Part shown: piece after piece, positions 15,070-26,104 of the stretch | Layout of the letters: the number at the start of each line of letters is the position of its first letter | How positions within the stretch are numbered: the first letter of the stretch is position 1 | Source: an uncultured Acidobacteriota bacterium | GTDB lineage: Bacteria; Acidobacteriota; Vicinamibacteria; Fen-336 | Length of the DNA stretch: 64,000 nucleotides | Reading direction: 5' to 3' | NCBI GenBank assembly: GCA_963720545.1 | Contig: OY970399.1 | Span: 1,440,001-1,504,000 of the forward strand | The notes under the pieces: model-generated | Database searches by the model: none | Told to the model about the DNA's origin: nothing | What the model saw: only the letters and a program-made list of their open reading frames with translations | Made by a program: the position numbers and the translations under genes

Positions 15070-16243
15070 GGGCGCGGTAGCGGCCGAGCACCACCGGCCA
15101 CGCATACTGCTCTTCGACGTAGCGGCGGCCCGACTCCCCCATCGCCGTGCGCAGGCCGTCATCGCCCAGGAGCCGCTGCAGCGCGTGCGCGAACTCGGCG
15201 CCGTCCGCGTAGAAGAGGCCGCCGCCCGACCGCAGGCAGTGGTCCTCGAGCACCGCGCTGCGGCGGTTGACAAGCACCGGCACACGGCACGCAAGCGCCT
15301 CCAGCAGCACGATCGACAGGCTCTCGAACGGGCTCGGGCAGATCACCACCGACGCGCCCGCGAACGCGGCGCGCTTTTCTTCCTCGGACACGAAGCCGAG
15401 ATAGCGCACGTCGCTGCGCTGCGGCAGCTCCATCGCCAGGCTGCCGAGGAGCACCAGGTCGGGCGCGGGTGCGAATTCACGCGCGTAGCTGTCGAAGTGC
15501 GCAAGCATCTCGGCACAGCCTTTGCCCGCGTCGATGCGTCCGGCGTAGAGGACATAGGGACGCCGCAGCCCATGGCGCGCGCGAAACGCGGCCGCCGCGG
15601 TGGGCGCCAGCGCGGCCGCCTCGAGATCGACACCCATGCCGGCGACCGCCGCGGGGCGGCTGCCGAGGTCGAAGCGCGAGCGCACCAGCGCCTCCTCGGG
15701 CGGCGTCAGGAACGCGAAGCCCGAGGCCCGGGCGAACATCTCGGCGTAGATCGAGAAGCGCAGCGGCGGCTCGTCGTGGGTGGTCGGCACCAGCAGCGTC
15801 CTGGCGGAAACCGCCTGCAGGCCGGCCCAGGTCGGGTAGTAGAGGTAGGTGAAGAACAGCAGCGCATCGCAGTCGGGTGCCGCGTCGCCTAGCGCCTCGA
15901 CCAGCTCCGGGACGTATGGTCCCTGGCGGCGCAGCCACTCCAGTTCTTCCGTTCGCGACGGGGTGCGCGCGTAGAGCTCGTCGGAGTAGCGGTTGAAGGC
16001 AGCGAGGTCGCGCTCTTCTTCGACCGCGAAGCGGCGCACGCGCACTCCTGCGTCATCGGACTCTCCGGGCGGCAGCTCGTTGCGCCAGGTGACGTAATCG
16101 AGCGCGCACGTGGAGAACACCGTGACCGAGTCGCCGCCCTGCGCCAGCCGGGTCGCGAGCGCGCGCGCCAGCGACTCGGAACCGCCCGTAATCGCGGCGC
16201 CGTAGCGCTGCACCACCACCCCGAGCCGCAGCGGCTTGCTCAC
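15053..16243 (-). CDS. Glycosyltransferase family 4
   Basis: GGSE, YAGRIDAGKG and ESLSIVLLEA (EX7E). Confidence 0.9.
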   Translation of the reverse strand: MSKPLRLGVVVQRYGAAITGGSESLARALATRLAQGGDSVTVFSTCALDYVTWRNELPPGESDDAGVRVRRFAVEEERDLAAFNRYSDELYARTPSRTEELEWLRRQGPYVPELVEALGDAAPDCDALLFFTYLYYPTWAGLQAVSARTLLVPTTHDEPPLRFSIYAEMFARASGFAFLTPPEEALVRSRFDLGSRPAAVAGMGVDLEAAALAPTAAAAFRARHGLRRPYVLYAGRIDAGKGCAEMLAHFDSYAREFAPAPDLVLLGSLAMELPQRSDVRYLGFVSEEEKRAAFAGASVVICPSPFESLSIVLLEALACRVPVLVNRRSAVLEDHCLRSGGGLFYADGAEFAHALQRLLGDDGLRTAMGESGRRYVEEQYAWPVVLGRYRALIAAI

Positions 16244-17301
16244 AGCGAGTCCAGGTAGCCGCGCAGCCGCCCCAGCACCACCTCGGGCCGGAAGTCGCGC
16301 ACCCGCTGGTCCTGGCCCGCGAGCACCGCGGCGCGCAGGAATTCGTTGCGGATCACCTCGTTGCCGACTTCGGCCATCGCCGGCAGGTCGAGCGCGTCGA
16401 AGCGCACACCGGCATCGCCGAGCGTATCGCCGACGGCGGTGTTGACGAGCGCCAGGATCGGCACGCGCAGCAGCATCGCCTCGACGAGCGGCACGCCGAA
16501 GCCTTCATGGCGGCTCAGCGACACGAACAGGTGCGCGGAGCGGTAGGTGGCGAGCAGCTCGCGGTGGCCGAGGTGTCCGGTGAACATCACGTCCCACGGC
16601 GTCAGGCCCTCTTCGTAGTGCAGCGCCTGCAGGGCGTCGCCGTAGGAGCCGCGCACCGGCGGCTTGCCGACCAGCACCAGGCGCACGTCGGCGGCGACGA
16701 ACTTGCGCCAGTAGGCCGCGAGGCGGATGAGGTCGTCCTGCTTCTTGTTGGGCGCGATCCGGCCGACGAACAGCAGGTTGGTGCGGCCGTCCGCGAGCAT
16801 CGCGCCGAACACCGGGTCGGCCGGCTCTCGGTAGCGGTCGAAGTCGAGCAGGATCGGCAGCACGCCGGTGTTCGCGAAGCCGGCGGCCTGCAGTTCGCCG
16901 CGGTTCCATTCGCTGTCGCCGAGCGCCAGCTCCACATGGCCGGCGAGTTCGAGAAGCTCGGCGCGGCCCAGCGCGCAGATGCGCGCCATCTCCGGATCGT
17001 AGGCGGTGAAGAAATGCGGCGGCGTGACGTTATGGTGGATCAGCACGCGGCGGCCGCGATGCGCGCGCAGCGCTGCGCTCAGCGGCGAGGGCAGCGCGTA
17101 GTGCAGGATCGTGATGTCCCGCGCGTCGCCGGGACGAAAGTCGGCGTAGCGGCGGCCGTCGCCAACGAGGTCGTCGTCCATGTCGAGCGCATAGACGTCC
17201 GCTTCGTGCCCCCAGGAGCGAAACGCGTCGCGCATCAGCCGCGCGGAATCGCCGATGGCGTCGCCGCGGTGCAGTGCCGGCACCCACTGGTCGATCCTCA
17301 A
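16240..17301 (-). CDS. Glycosyltransferase family 4
   Basis: TTG start overlapping the upstream stop; GDAIG, HHNVTP, VGRIAPNK and EGFGVPLVEAM. Confidence 0.88.
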   Translation of the reverse strand: MRIDQWVPALHRGDAIGDSARLMRDAFRSWGHEADVYALDMDDDLVGDGRRYADFRPGDARDITILHYALPSPLSAALRAHRGRRVLIHHNVTPPHFFTAYDPEMARICALGRAELLELAGHVELALGDSEWNRGELQAAGFANTGVLPILLDFDRYREPADPVFGAMLADGRTNLLFVGRIAPNKKQDDLIRLAAYWRKFVAADVRLVLVGKPPVRGSYGDALQALHYEEGLTPWDVMFTGHLGHRELLATYRSAHLFVSLSRHEGFGVPLVEAMLLRVPILALVNTAVGDTLGDAGVRFDALDLPAMAEVGNEVIRNEFLRAAVLAGQDQRVRDFRPEVVLGRLRGYLDSL

Positions 17302-18377
17302 GGAAGCACCCGCGACAGCTGCGCCTCGAGCAGCGCGCCGAAGTCGCGGGAACGGGCGCGCTGCAGCGCATCCTGCTGCCCCGCGAGGATGCTGGCACGC
17401 AGTGCGGCGTCGCCGAGGATGCGGCCCAGCAGCTCGCCGACCAGCGCCGGCTGCTTCGCGCGCAGCAGCACGCCGCCGCCGTCGAGCGTCTCCGCGACGG
17501 CGCCGGCGTCGTAGGCGACCACGGGGAGGTCGAAGCGCATCGCCTCCAGCAGCGGCACGCAGAAGCCTTCGTGCTCGGAGAGGCACAGGAACAGGTCGGA
17601 GGCCTGGTAGTACGCCAGCAGGTCGGCGTGGTCCACGTGGCCGGTGAACACCACCTCGGCGGTACGCAGCTCGTCGCAGAGTTCCAGCAGCCGATCCAGA
17701 TAGCGCTCATGGCCGCGGTGGTCGCCGACCAGCAGCAGGCGGCTGTGCGGCTCGACGTAGCGCTGGTAGTAGCTGAAGGCGCGGATCAGGTCTTCGATCT
17801 TCTTGTTGGGAATGATGCGGCCGACGAACAGGATGTTCCTGCGCGAGTCGCGGTACAGAGCGCCAACCGCCGGCGCAGGCGCGGCGTCGTAGACCGACCA
17901 GTCGAGCACGATCGGCAGCACCCCTGTTGGCTCGAACCCGGCCGCCACCAGCTCCTGGCGGTTGAACGCGCTGTCGCCGAGCGCCAGCGCGGTGCGCGGC
18001 GCGAACGCGCGCAGCTCGCGGCGGCCGTGGTGGCACAGGCCCGCGAGGTGCGGATGGAAGCCGAGGAAGAAGCGCGCCGGCGTGATGTTGTGGTAGATGA
18101 GCACCAGCCTGTCGGGCGCGCCGAAGATGAGGCGCGAGGCGGCGCTGCCGATCGAGAAATGGAACAGGCAGGTGGTCGCGGGGCTCGACACCTGCGGGTA
18201 TTGCCACAGCGGCCGCGCCAGGTGCGCGACCCGCGGGTGCACCTTGTCGGCAAAGATCTCCGAGCGGAAGCCGCGCGCGCGCAGCTGCGCCTGGATGGCG
18301 AGCGCCTCGTTGCCGATGGCGTCGCCGTACGAAAGCGCCGCGACCAGCTGGTGGACCTCGGGCTTTTCCGCGGGCAC
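17298..18377 (-). CDS. Glycosyltransferase family 4
   Basis: GDAIG, YHNITP, VGRIIPNK and EGFCVPLLEAM; paralogous to 16240..17301. Confidence 0.9.
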   Translation of the reverse strand: MPAEKPEVHQLVAALSYGDAIGNEALAIQAQLRARGFRSEIFADKVHPRVAHLARPLWQYPQVSSPATTCLFHFSIGSAASRLIFGAPDRLVLIYHNITPARFFLGFHPHLAGLCHHGRRELRAFAPRTALALGDSAFNRQELVAAGFEPTGVLPIVLDWSVYDAAPAPAVGALYRDSRRNILFVGRIIPNKKIEDLIRAFSYYQRYVEPHSRLLLVGDHRGHERYLDRLLELCDELRTAEVVFTGHVDHADLLAYYQASDLFLCLSEHEGFCVPLLEAMRFDLPVVAYDAGAVAETLDGGGVLLRAKQPALVGELLGRILGDAALRASILAGQQDALQRARSRDFGALLEAQLSRVLP

Positions 18378-18890
18378 TCAGGCCTTCGGCTTGCCCAGGC
18401 TCAGCTCCTCGAACGCCTTCTCGCGGCGCGCCAGGAACTCGATGCGCGCCTGCATCTGCAGGCTGCGGTTTTTCAGTTCCTGCACCTCGAGGCGCAGCCG
18501 GGTGAGCTCCTCGACGAGGTTGTGGAGGAGGTGCGCCTGGTACTGATTGATGCTCGACTGGCGGGAGAGCGCGGCGATCATCGGGTTCGGGTTCCAGAAG
18601 AGCTTCTGCACGGGACGCAGGAAGCGGCGCACCGTTTCCAGGGTGCCACCGCGGCTGCTGCGATAGATGGTCTCGGCGTCGAAGGCGTAGCCCCAGCGCG
18701 CCGCGCCATGCTGCAGCTCGGCGAGCAGGCCGCTGCGGAACTCGTTGCCGTCCACCGCGGCTTCGAGCGGCCGCTCCGCGATCTCGCGGACCTCGGCGTC
18801 GCTCACGAGCGTCTCGCGCTTCGCTTCGATCCGCCGGTTCACCTCGGCCATCAAGGCCGCGACGTCGACGCCCTTGATCTCGACGCTCAT
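18378..18890 (-). CDS. Hypothetical protein with C-terminal coiled coil
   Basis: Abuts the GT4 genes; heptad-like C-terminus. Confidence 0.75.
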   Translation of the reverse strand: MSVEIKGVDVAALMAEVNRRIEAKRETLVSDAEVREIAERPLEAAVDGNEFRSGLLAELQHGAARWGYAFDAETIYRSSRGGTLETVRRFLRPVQKLFWNPNPMIAALSRQSSINQYQAHLLHNLVEELTRLRLEVQELKNRSLQMQARIEFLARREKAFEELSLGKPKA

Positions 18891-18916
18891 CAGGGATGAC
18901 GCCTGCGCGCTCCGTC

Positions 18917-19252
18917 CTAGAAGCTGGTGACGGCTTCGTCCTCGTTCTCGAACGTCTCGAACACCGTGAGGAGCTTGGTGATCGACAGCAGGTCCTTGAT
19001 CTTCTTGGTGAGGTTCAGCAGCTTGAGGCGGCCGCCCTTGCGGCTGACCGTCGTGTAGCAGCGAACGATCTCACCGAGACCGGCCGAATCGACGTAGGGC
19101 ACTTCAGCGAGGTTCAGCAGGATGCGGGTCTTCCCGGAGTCGACGACGCGGGTCACAGCCTCGCGCAGGGCGTCGTCACCCTCGCCGATCAGGATCTTGC
19201 CTTCCAGATCGAGAATCGTGACGTCCTTGACCTGGCGCTCGGTGATTTTCAT
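18917..19252 (-). CDS. STAS-domain anti-sigma-factor antagonist
   Basis: [16 protein letters not shown], with the phosphorylatable Ser motif. Confidence 0.92.
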   Translation of the reverse strand: MKITERQVKDVTILDLEGKILIGEGDDALREAVTRVVDSGKTRILLNLAEVPYVDSAGLGEIVRCYTTVSRKGGRLKLLNLTKKIKDLLSITKLLTVFETFENEDEAVTSF

Positions 19253-19297
19253 GCCGCGTTCTCCCTTTGCTATTAATGACTTAAGAGGAAGGCAGGA

Positions 19298-19327
19298 ACG
19301 GTATCACAGCGACTTTACGGGTGTCAA
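19298..19327 (-). promoter_or_regulatory. Sigma-70-type promoter of the STAS-GT4 operon
   Basis: Minus strand TTGACA-N18 (ending TGA)-TACCGT. Confidence 0.5.
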
Positions 19328-19400
19328 CGCATTCACGCGGCAGAAGGGCCGCGCGCTCCACGAGCGCGAGCCATGCTAGTTTGCGGCGCAACGGCAAGAC

Positions 19401-20405
19401 ATGACAGGTTTCCTCGAGCGGCTGCATGAGCGGGCGAAGGCGCAAAAGCGCCGCATCGTGCTGCCCGAAGGCGACGAGCCGCGCACGCTGCAGGCGGCCG
19501 TGCGCGCGGCGTCGCTGGGCCTCGCCGAGGTGAGCGTGCTCGGCGACCCCGGCGCCATCGCGACGGTCGCCGCCGAGCACGGTCTCGACACCTCGGGGAT
19601 CACGATCGCCGCGGTCCCGCAGGCCGGCCCCGCGCTGGAGCAGGCGGTGCGCATCTACAACGAGCGAGCGAGGGCGCGTGGCATCACCGCGGACGAAGCG
19701 CGCCGCGAAGCTGCCGCTCCCCTGCTGTTCGCGGCGCTCGGCGTTGCCTCGGGACAGTGGCACGGCATGGTCGCGGGCGCGCGCGCGACCACCGCGCAGA
19801 CGCTGCGCGCCGCGCTGCGCGGCGTGGGCGTGCGCTCCGGCGTGCAGCGCATTTCCTCGTTCATGCTGATGGCGACCGCCAACCCCGATTGCGGCGAGGG
19901 CGGCGTGCTGGTGTTCGCCGATTGCGGCGTCAACCCCGAGCCGTCGGCGGCCGAGCTCGCGGAGATCGCACTCCTCGCCGCCCGCAGCGCGCGCACTTTT
20001 CTCGAGGCCGAGCCGCGGGTTGCCCTGCTGTCGTTCTCCACCCACGGCAGCGCCGCCGATCCGCGCGCGAAGAAGGTGGCCGAGGCGGCGCGCATCGTGG
20101 CGGCGCGTGAGCCTGCTCTCGTCGCCGACGGCGAATTGCAGCTGGACGCGGCGCTGGTGCCGGAGGTCGCGCGCAGCAAGGCGCCGCACAGTGCGGTGGG
20201 CGGGCGCGCGAACGTGCTGGTCTTTCCCAACCTCGACGCCGGCAACATCGGCTACAAGCTCGTGGAGCGGCTCGGCGGGGCGCGCGCGCTGGGGCCCATC
20301 CTGCAAGGGCTCGAGCGTCCGGTGAACGACCTGTCGCGCGGCTGCTCGGTCCGCGACATCGTCGACGTCATCGCGGTGACCGCGGTGCAGGCCGCGGAAA
20401 AATGA
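19401..20405 (+). CDS. pta: Phosphate acetyltransferase (short form)
   Basis: [44 protein letters not shown] and NDLSRGC. Confidence 0.93.
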   Translation: MTGFLERLHERAKAQKRRIVLPEGDEPRTLQAAVRAASLGLAEVSVLGDPGAIATVAAEHGLDTSGITIAAVPQAGPALEQAVRIYNERARARGITADEARREAAAPLLFAALGVASGQWHGMVAGARATTAQTLRAALRGVGVRSGVQRISSFMLMATANPDCGEGGVLVFADCGVNPEPSAAELAEIALLAARSARTFLEAEPRVALLSFSTHGSAADPRAKKVAEAARIVAAREPALVADGELQLDAALVPEVARSKAPHSAVGGRANVLVFPNLDAGNIGYKLVERLGGARALGPILQGLERPVNDLSRGCSVRDIVDVIAVTAVQAAEK

Positions 20406-20406
20406 T

Positions 20407-20441
20407 TCAGGGCGCGGCCACTTGCGTGGGTCGCGCCCTGA
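20407..20441. terminator. Hairpin between convergent pta and rpsU
   Basis: TCAGGGCGCGGCCAC-TTGC-GTGGGTCGCGCCCTGA; no clear U tract. Confidence 0.55.
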
Positions 20442-20471
20442 TCACGTCGTTACGAGTCGCGGAAGACCGAA

Positions 20472-20669
20472 CTACTCGGCGTCCCTGCGCATCTTCTTGC
20501 GGTTACGCTTGCGGGCCAATGCTTCCTTCGCACGCCGCCGGTCGCCGGGCTTCATGTAGAAGCTATGCTTCTTGATGTCCTTGATGATGTCTTCCTGCTG
20601 CACCTTGCGCTTGAAACGCCGCAGGGCATTCTCGATGGACTCGCCGTCCTGGAGCTTGATCTCGGCCAA
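20472..20669 (-). CDS. rpsU: 30S ribosomal protein S21
   Basis: ESIENALRRFKRKV...FYMKP and basic C-terminus; TTG start. Confidence 0.95.
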   Translation of the reverse strand: MAEIKLQDGESIENALRRFKRKVQQEDIIKDIKKHSFYMKPGDRRRAKEALARKRNRKKMRRDAE

Positions 20670-20774
20670 ACTTGATTACACCCCCTCGGCACTGCACAAC
20701 TTCACGGTGCTGAGCATGCGGCAAGACCAGGGGGGCCTTCACGCCGTTCGGACTTCCGTGTCGTTCGTTCGGGC

Positions 20775-20803
20775 ATCGTATGGCACGCGAGCCGGGGTGT
20801 CAA
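20775..20803 (-). promoter_or_regulatory. Sigma-70 promoter of rpsU
   Basis: Minus strand TTGACA-N17-TACGAT. Confidence 0.75.
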
Positions 20804-20835
20804 GCCAGGGTCAAAACACTGTACTGTAACGAGTT

Positions 20836-21706
20836 ATGACGAAAACGACCGAAAGCGGCGTGCTTTACGTCGTGGCGACGCCGCTCGGGAACCTCGAAGA
20901 CCTGTCGCCGCGGGCGCTGCGCACGCTCGGCGCCGTCAGGTGGATCGCCTGCGAGGACACCCGCCGCACCGGCCATCTGCTGCAGGCCTGCGGGGTGCGC
21001 ACGCCGATGATCTCGTACCACCAGCACAACGAGACGGCGCGCGTCCGCGAACTCATCGCCAAACTCAAGGACGGCAACGACATAGCGCTGGTGTCGGATG
21101 CCGGCACCCCGGCCATCAGCGATCCCGGTGAACGCCTGGTGGCGGCGGCCCACGAGGCGGCGGTGCCGGTCATCCCGCTGCCCGGCCCCTCGGCGGTGAT
21201 CGCCGCGCTGTCGGTGAGCGGGCTCGACACGTCGCGCTTCCTGTTCGTCGGTTTCCTGCCCAGCCGGCCTGCCGCGCGGCGCAAGGCGATCGCCGAGTTG
21301 GGCGAGCGCACCGAGACGCTCGTGCTCTACGAGTCGCCGCTGCGCGCAACGGCCGCGCTTCATGACCTGGCCCAGGGCCTTGGCGACCGCGACGCGTTCC
21401 TGTGCCGCGAAGCGACCAAGCTGCACGAGGAATACTTGCGCGGCACGCTCGCGAGCCTGCGCGATGCGCTCGGCGCGCGCGCGGCGGTGAAGGGCGAGAT
21501 CGTGCTGGTCGTCGCCGGTGCGGAGTGCCGGCACGGCGCAAAAGCTGGATGCCGGGGATCCCCTGCCATTGCTGCGCGAGCTGCGCGCCGCGGGCATGAC
21601 GCCGCGTGCCGCCGCGCGCGAAGCCAGCCGCCGCACGGGCGCGCCGACGCGCGACTTGTATCGCGCGCTCGTGCAGGATGGCGGCGTGGAAGGCCCGACG
21701 GATTGA
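20836..21706 (+). CDS. rsmI: 16S rRNA C1402 2'-O-methyltransferase, with apparent +1 frameshift near 21522
   Basis: LYVVATPLGNLEDL, CEDTR, LVSDAGTPAISDPG, YESP, REATKLHEE and KGEIVLVV; the HTH-like tail lies in the +1 frame ending at 21706, while the unshifted frame stops at 21750. Confidence 0.9.
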
Positions 21707-21746
21707 CAGGCGCCGGTGGCGCGTGTCAGCTTCGCTCCGAGAACAA

Positions 21747-23052
<1,306 letters not shown>

Positions 23053-23060
<8 letters not shown>

Positions 23061-23580
23061 GACGGTGCAGGTGGCGATCCTGATGGGCTCGGACAGCGAC
23101 TTGCCGACAATGGCGGAATGCGCGCGCGTCCTCGAGGGCTACGGGATCGGCTACGACATCCGGGTGCTGTCGGCGCACCGCACTCCGGAGGCGTGCGTCT
23201 CGTACGTGTCGGCCGCAGCCGGCAACGGCGTGCGTGTCGTCATCGCCGGCGCCGGCGGCTCGGCGCACCTCGCCGGCGTGTGCGCCGCGCATACGCTGCT
23301 GCCCGTCATCGGCGTGCCGCTCGAGGGTTCGCCGCTCTCGGGCTTCGATGCGCTGCTTTCCACCGTGCAGATGCCGCCGGGGATACCGGTGGCGACGGTG
23401 GGCGTCGGCGCCATGGGCGCGCGCAACGCCGGCCACCTCGCCGCCACCATCCTGGCGCTCGGCGATGCGCAGCTCGCCGCGCGCCTGCTGGCGGCGCGCC
23501 AGAAGATGACGGCCGACGTGCTCGCGAAATCGGACGGGATCCGCGCGCGCCTGACGGAGCTGCTCGCGAAGAAGAAGTAG
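23053..23580 (+). CDS. purE: N5-CAIR mutase
   Basis: MGSDSD, SAHRTP, AHLAG, PVIGVP and [22 protein letters not shown]. Confidence 0.96.
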
Positions 23581-23582
23581 AC

Positions 23583-26072
23583 CTAGGGCCGGCTGTTGAG
23601 GTGCGCCTCGAACAGCTTCAGGATGCGCGCGTACTCGTCGCGCCACGACTCCGGATGGTGGAAGCCGTGGGCCTCTAGCGGGTACGGCGCCAGCTCGACA
23701 TTGTCCTTCTTCAGCTCGATGAGCCGCTGGAAGAGCCGCACCGAATCCTGGAAGAAGACGTTGTCGTCCACCATGCCGTGCGCGATCAGCAGCGGCCCCT
23801 TGAGACTCCCGGCGAACTCGATCGGCGACGACCGCCGGTAGGCGATGTCGTCGACGCTCGGCGTGTTGAGGATCGCCGACGTGTACTCGTGCCCGTACTG
23901 CGTCCAATCGGTCACCGGGCGCAGCGCCGCGCCGGTCTTGAACACCTCCGGCGCGCGGAACAGCGCCATCAGCGTCATGAAGCCGCCGTACGAGCCGCCG
24001 TAGAGGCCGACGCGCCTGGCGTCGCCGTTGTGCTTCTTCACCAGCCAGTTGACGCCGTCGATGAGGTCCTCGAGTTCCGGATGGCCCATCTGCCGATAGA
24101 TCGCCGTGCGCCAGTCGCGCCCGTAGCCTTCGGAGGCGCGGTAGTCCATGTCGAGCACCAGGTAGCCGCGCTCGGTGAGCAGGTTGTGGAACATCTGCTC
24201 GCGGAAGTAGTACGGGAACTTGAGGTGGGTGTTCTGGGTGTAGCCGGCGCCGTGCACGAACATCACGATCGGGCGCGGACCCTTGAAGGTGGCCGCCGGC
24301 CTGTAGAGCTTCGACAGAATCGCCTGCTTCACGTGCGTCGAGGGCACGCTCACGATCTCGGGCTCCTGCCAGCGCATCGCCTTGTAGGCCGCGGTGCGCG
24401 TGTCGGTGAGCGCGCGCAGCGGCTGCTGGCCGTCCGCCGCCAGGACCGACAGCTGCCGCGGCGTGTAGCTCGCGGAATGCGCGACCAGCAGCGTCGCGCC
24501 GTCCGGCGCAAGCGCAAACGATTCGATGCCCTTCTGTGACGAGACGCGCTCGAGCTTGCCGCCGGCGGATGCCACGCGATAAACGTCGTAGACGTGCCGC
24601 GCTTCCTGGTTGGCGAGCACGTAGAACCACTTGCCGTCGGGCGAGACCACAGGGTTCTCCACCTCGAACTCGCCGCTCGTGAGCGCCGTGGCCTTGCCGT
24701 CCAGCGGCTTCAGGTAGAGGTGCGAAAAGCCCGTCTCCTCGGACAGGAAGAAGAGCGACTTGCTGTCCGCAGTCCAGCCTACGGCGCTTCCCTTCCAGTT
24801 CACCCAGGCCGCGTCGCTGTCGCGGTGCTGCGGCACGACGGCATGCTTCGCGAGTTCCAGCGAGACGATCCAGCGGTCCTTGTTGTCGTTGGCGTCGATG
24901 GTGATCGCCGCCTGGTTGCCGTCGTCACTCCAGACGATGTCGGAGACGCGCACCGGCCGCCGCTTGTCCTTGCCGCTCTTCTCGTCCTTACCGTCCTTGG
25001 CTTCCTTGCCGCTCTTCTCGTCCTTGCCGTCCTTGCCCTCGTCCTTCGCCGCCTCGGCATCGGCCTTGCCTTCCTTCGCCTCCCGCTCCTTGCGCGCCTT
25101 GTCGTTCTCGGCGCGGATCGCGGCCAGCGGATCGTCGGCGATGCCTGGAAGCCCCTTGGTCTCGAGCTCGTCGAGCGCGCGCGACTCGAGGTCGACCAGG
25201 TAGAGCCGCTGCGCCGGGTAGCCATTCTTCTCGACCCGCGTGCGCACGTTCTCCACTTCCTCGTAGCCCGACTCGGTCACGTAGCGCGGCATCTTGCCGG
25301 TGCGGCCCTCTTCGAAGCCCTTCGGCTGTGTCACCACGACCAGCCAGCGGCCGTTCGGCGAAAGCGACGTGTCGCCGATCGCGACGTCGTCGCCGAGGTA
25401 GATGGGCGCCGGCAGGCGGGTACGGTCGGCGCCGCTCAGCTCGTCCTCGCGCTTGCGCTTTGCCTCGCGGTCGTCGCGGTCGCGCTTCAGGTTCGAGCTG
25501 AGCCGCAGCTGCATCTCCTCGAAGGTATCGGGCTTCTTCTTGTCCGGATCCTTGTCGAGGCGCACCACCGCGGCCAGCGCGCCGATGCCGCCCTCGATGT
25601 CGTAGCTGTACCAGTCGTTGTTCGCGCGGAAGCGCAGAAAGCGCCCGTCCTGCGAGAAGCGCGGCGCCGCTTCCTGCTGCGAGGTGCGGGTGAGCTGGGT
25701 GAGCTTGCCGGAGGCCGCGTCGCGCATGAAGACGTCGCCGTGGCGGATGAACGCCGCGCGCTTCCTGTCCTTGTCGAACACCGCATCCGGGCCGTCGGCC
25801 TGCGCTTGCGCAGCGCCGTCCACCACCGCGTCGCGGCCTTCGCCAAGCGACACGACGTGCAGGTCGCGCAGGCTCGAGCCGGTGCGCTTCAGAGAGTAGT
25901 AGATCGACTTGCCGTCGACCGACCAGTAGGGCGACTCCACCGGCGGGCCGATCCAGTCGGGGTCCTGCATGATTTGCTCGAGGCTGATGGCGGCGCGGCT
26001 TGCGGTCGAGGCGCCGAGGACGCAGATGCCGAGCGCGGCTATGGCGAGGGCGTTCGCTTGCGGTGTCTTCAA
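23583..26072 (-). CDS. S9 family (DPP IV-like) peptidase, secreted; start approximate
   Basis: VHGAGY, GGSYGG nucleophile, HGMVDDNV and EAHGF; beta-propeller repeats; signal peptide after TTG 26072. Confidence 0.9.
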   Translation of the reverse strand: MKTPQANALAIAALGICVLGASTASRAAISLEQIMQDPDWIGPPVESPYWSVDGKSIYYSLKRTGSSLRDLHVVSLGEGRDAVVDGAAQAQADGPDAVFDKDRKRAAFIRHGDVFMRDAASGKLTQLTRTSQQEAAPRFSQDGRFLRFRANNDWYSYDIEGGIGALAAVVRLDKDPDKKKPDTFEEMQLRLSSNLKRDRDDREAKRKREDELSGADRTRLPAPIYLGDDVAIGDTSLSPNGRWLVVVTQPKGFEEGRTGKMPRYVTESGYEEVENVRTRVEKNGYPAQRLYLVDLESRALDELETKGLPGIADDPLAAIRAENDKARKEREAKEGKADAEAAKDEGKDGKDEKSGKEAKDGKDEKSGKDKRRPVRVSDIVWSDDGNQAAITIDANDNKDRWIVSLELAKHAVVPQHRDSDAAWVNWKGSAVGWTADSKSLFFLSEETGFSHLYLKPLDGKATALTSGEFEVENPVVSPDGKWFYVLANQEARHVYDVYRVASAGGKLERVSSQKGIESFALAPDGATLLVAHSASYTPRQLSVLAADGQQPLRALTDTRTAAYKAMRWQEPEIVSVPSTHVKQAILSKLYRPAATFKGPRPIVMFVHGAGYTQNTHLKFPYYFREQMFHNLLTERGYLVLDMDYRASEGYGRDWRTAIYRQMGHPELEDLIDGVNWLVKKHNGDARRVGLYGGSYGGFMTLMALFRAPEVFKTGAALRPVTDWTQYGHEYTSAILNTPSVDDIAYRRSSPIEFAGSLKGPLLIAHGMVDDNVFFQDSVRLFQRLIELKKDNVELAPYPLEAHGFHHPESWRDEYARILKLFEAHLNSRP
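24967..25035 (-). repeat. Intragenic 36-bp-period tandem duplication (KDGKDEKSGK x2)
   Basis: 33-nt copies at 24967-24999 and 25003-25035 differ at one base. Confidence 0.85.
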
Positions 26073-26104
26073 GAGCAGTGACCTTTCGCTTGGAACCCGC
26101 ACGA

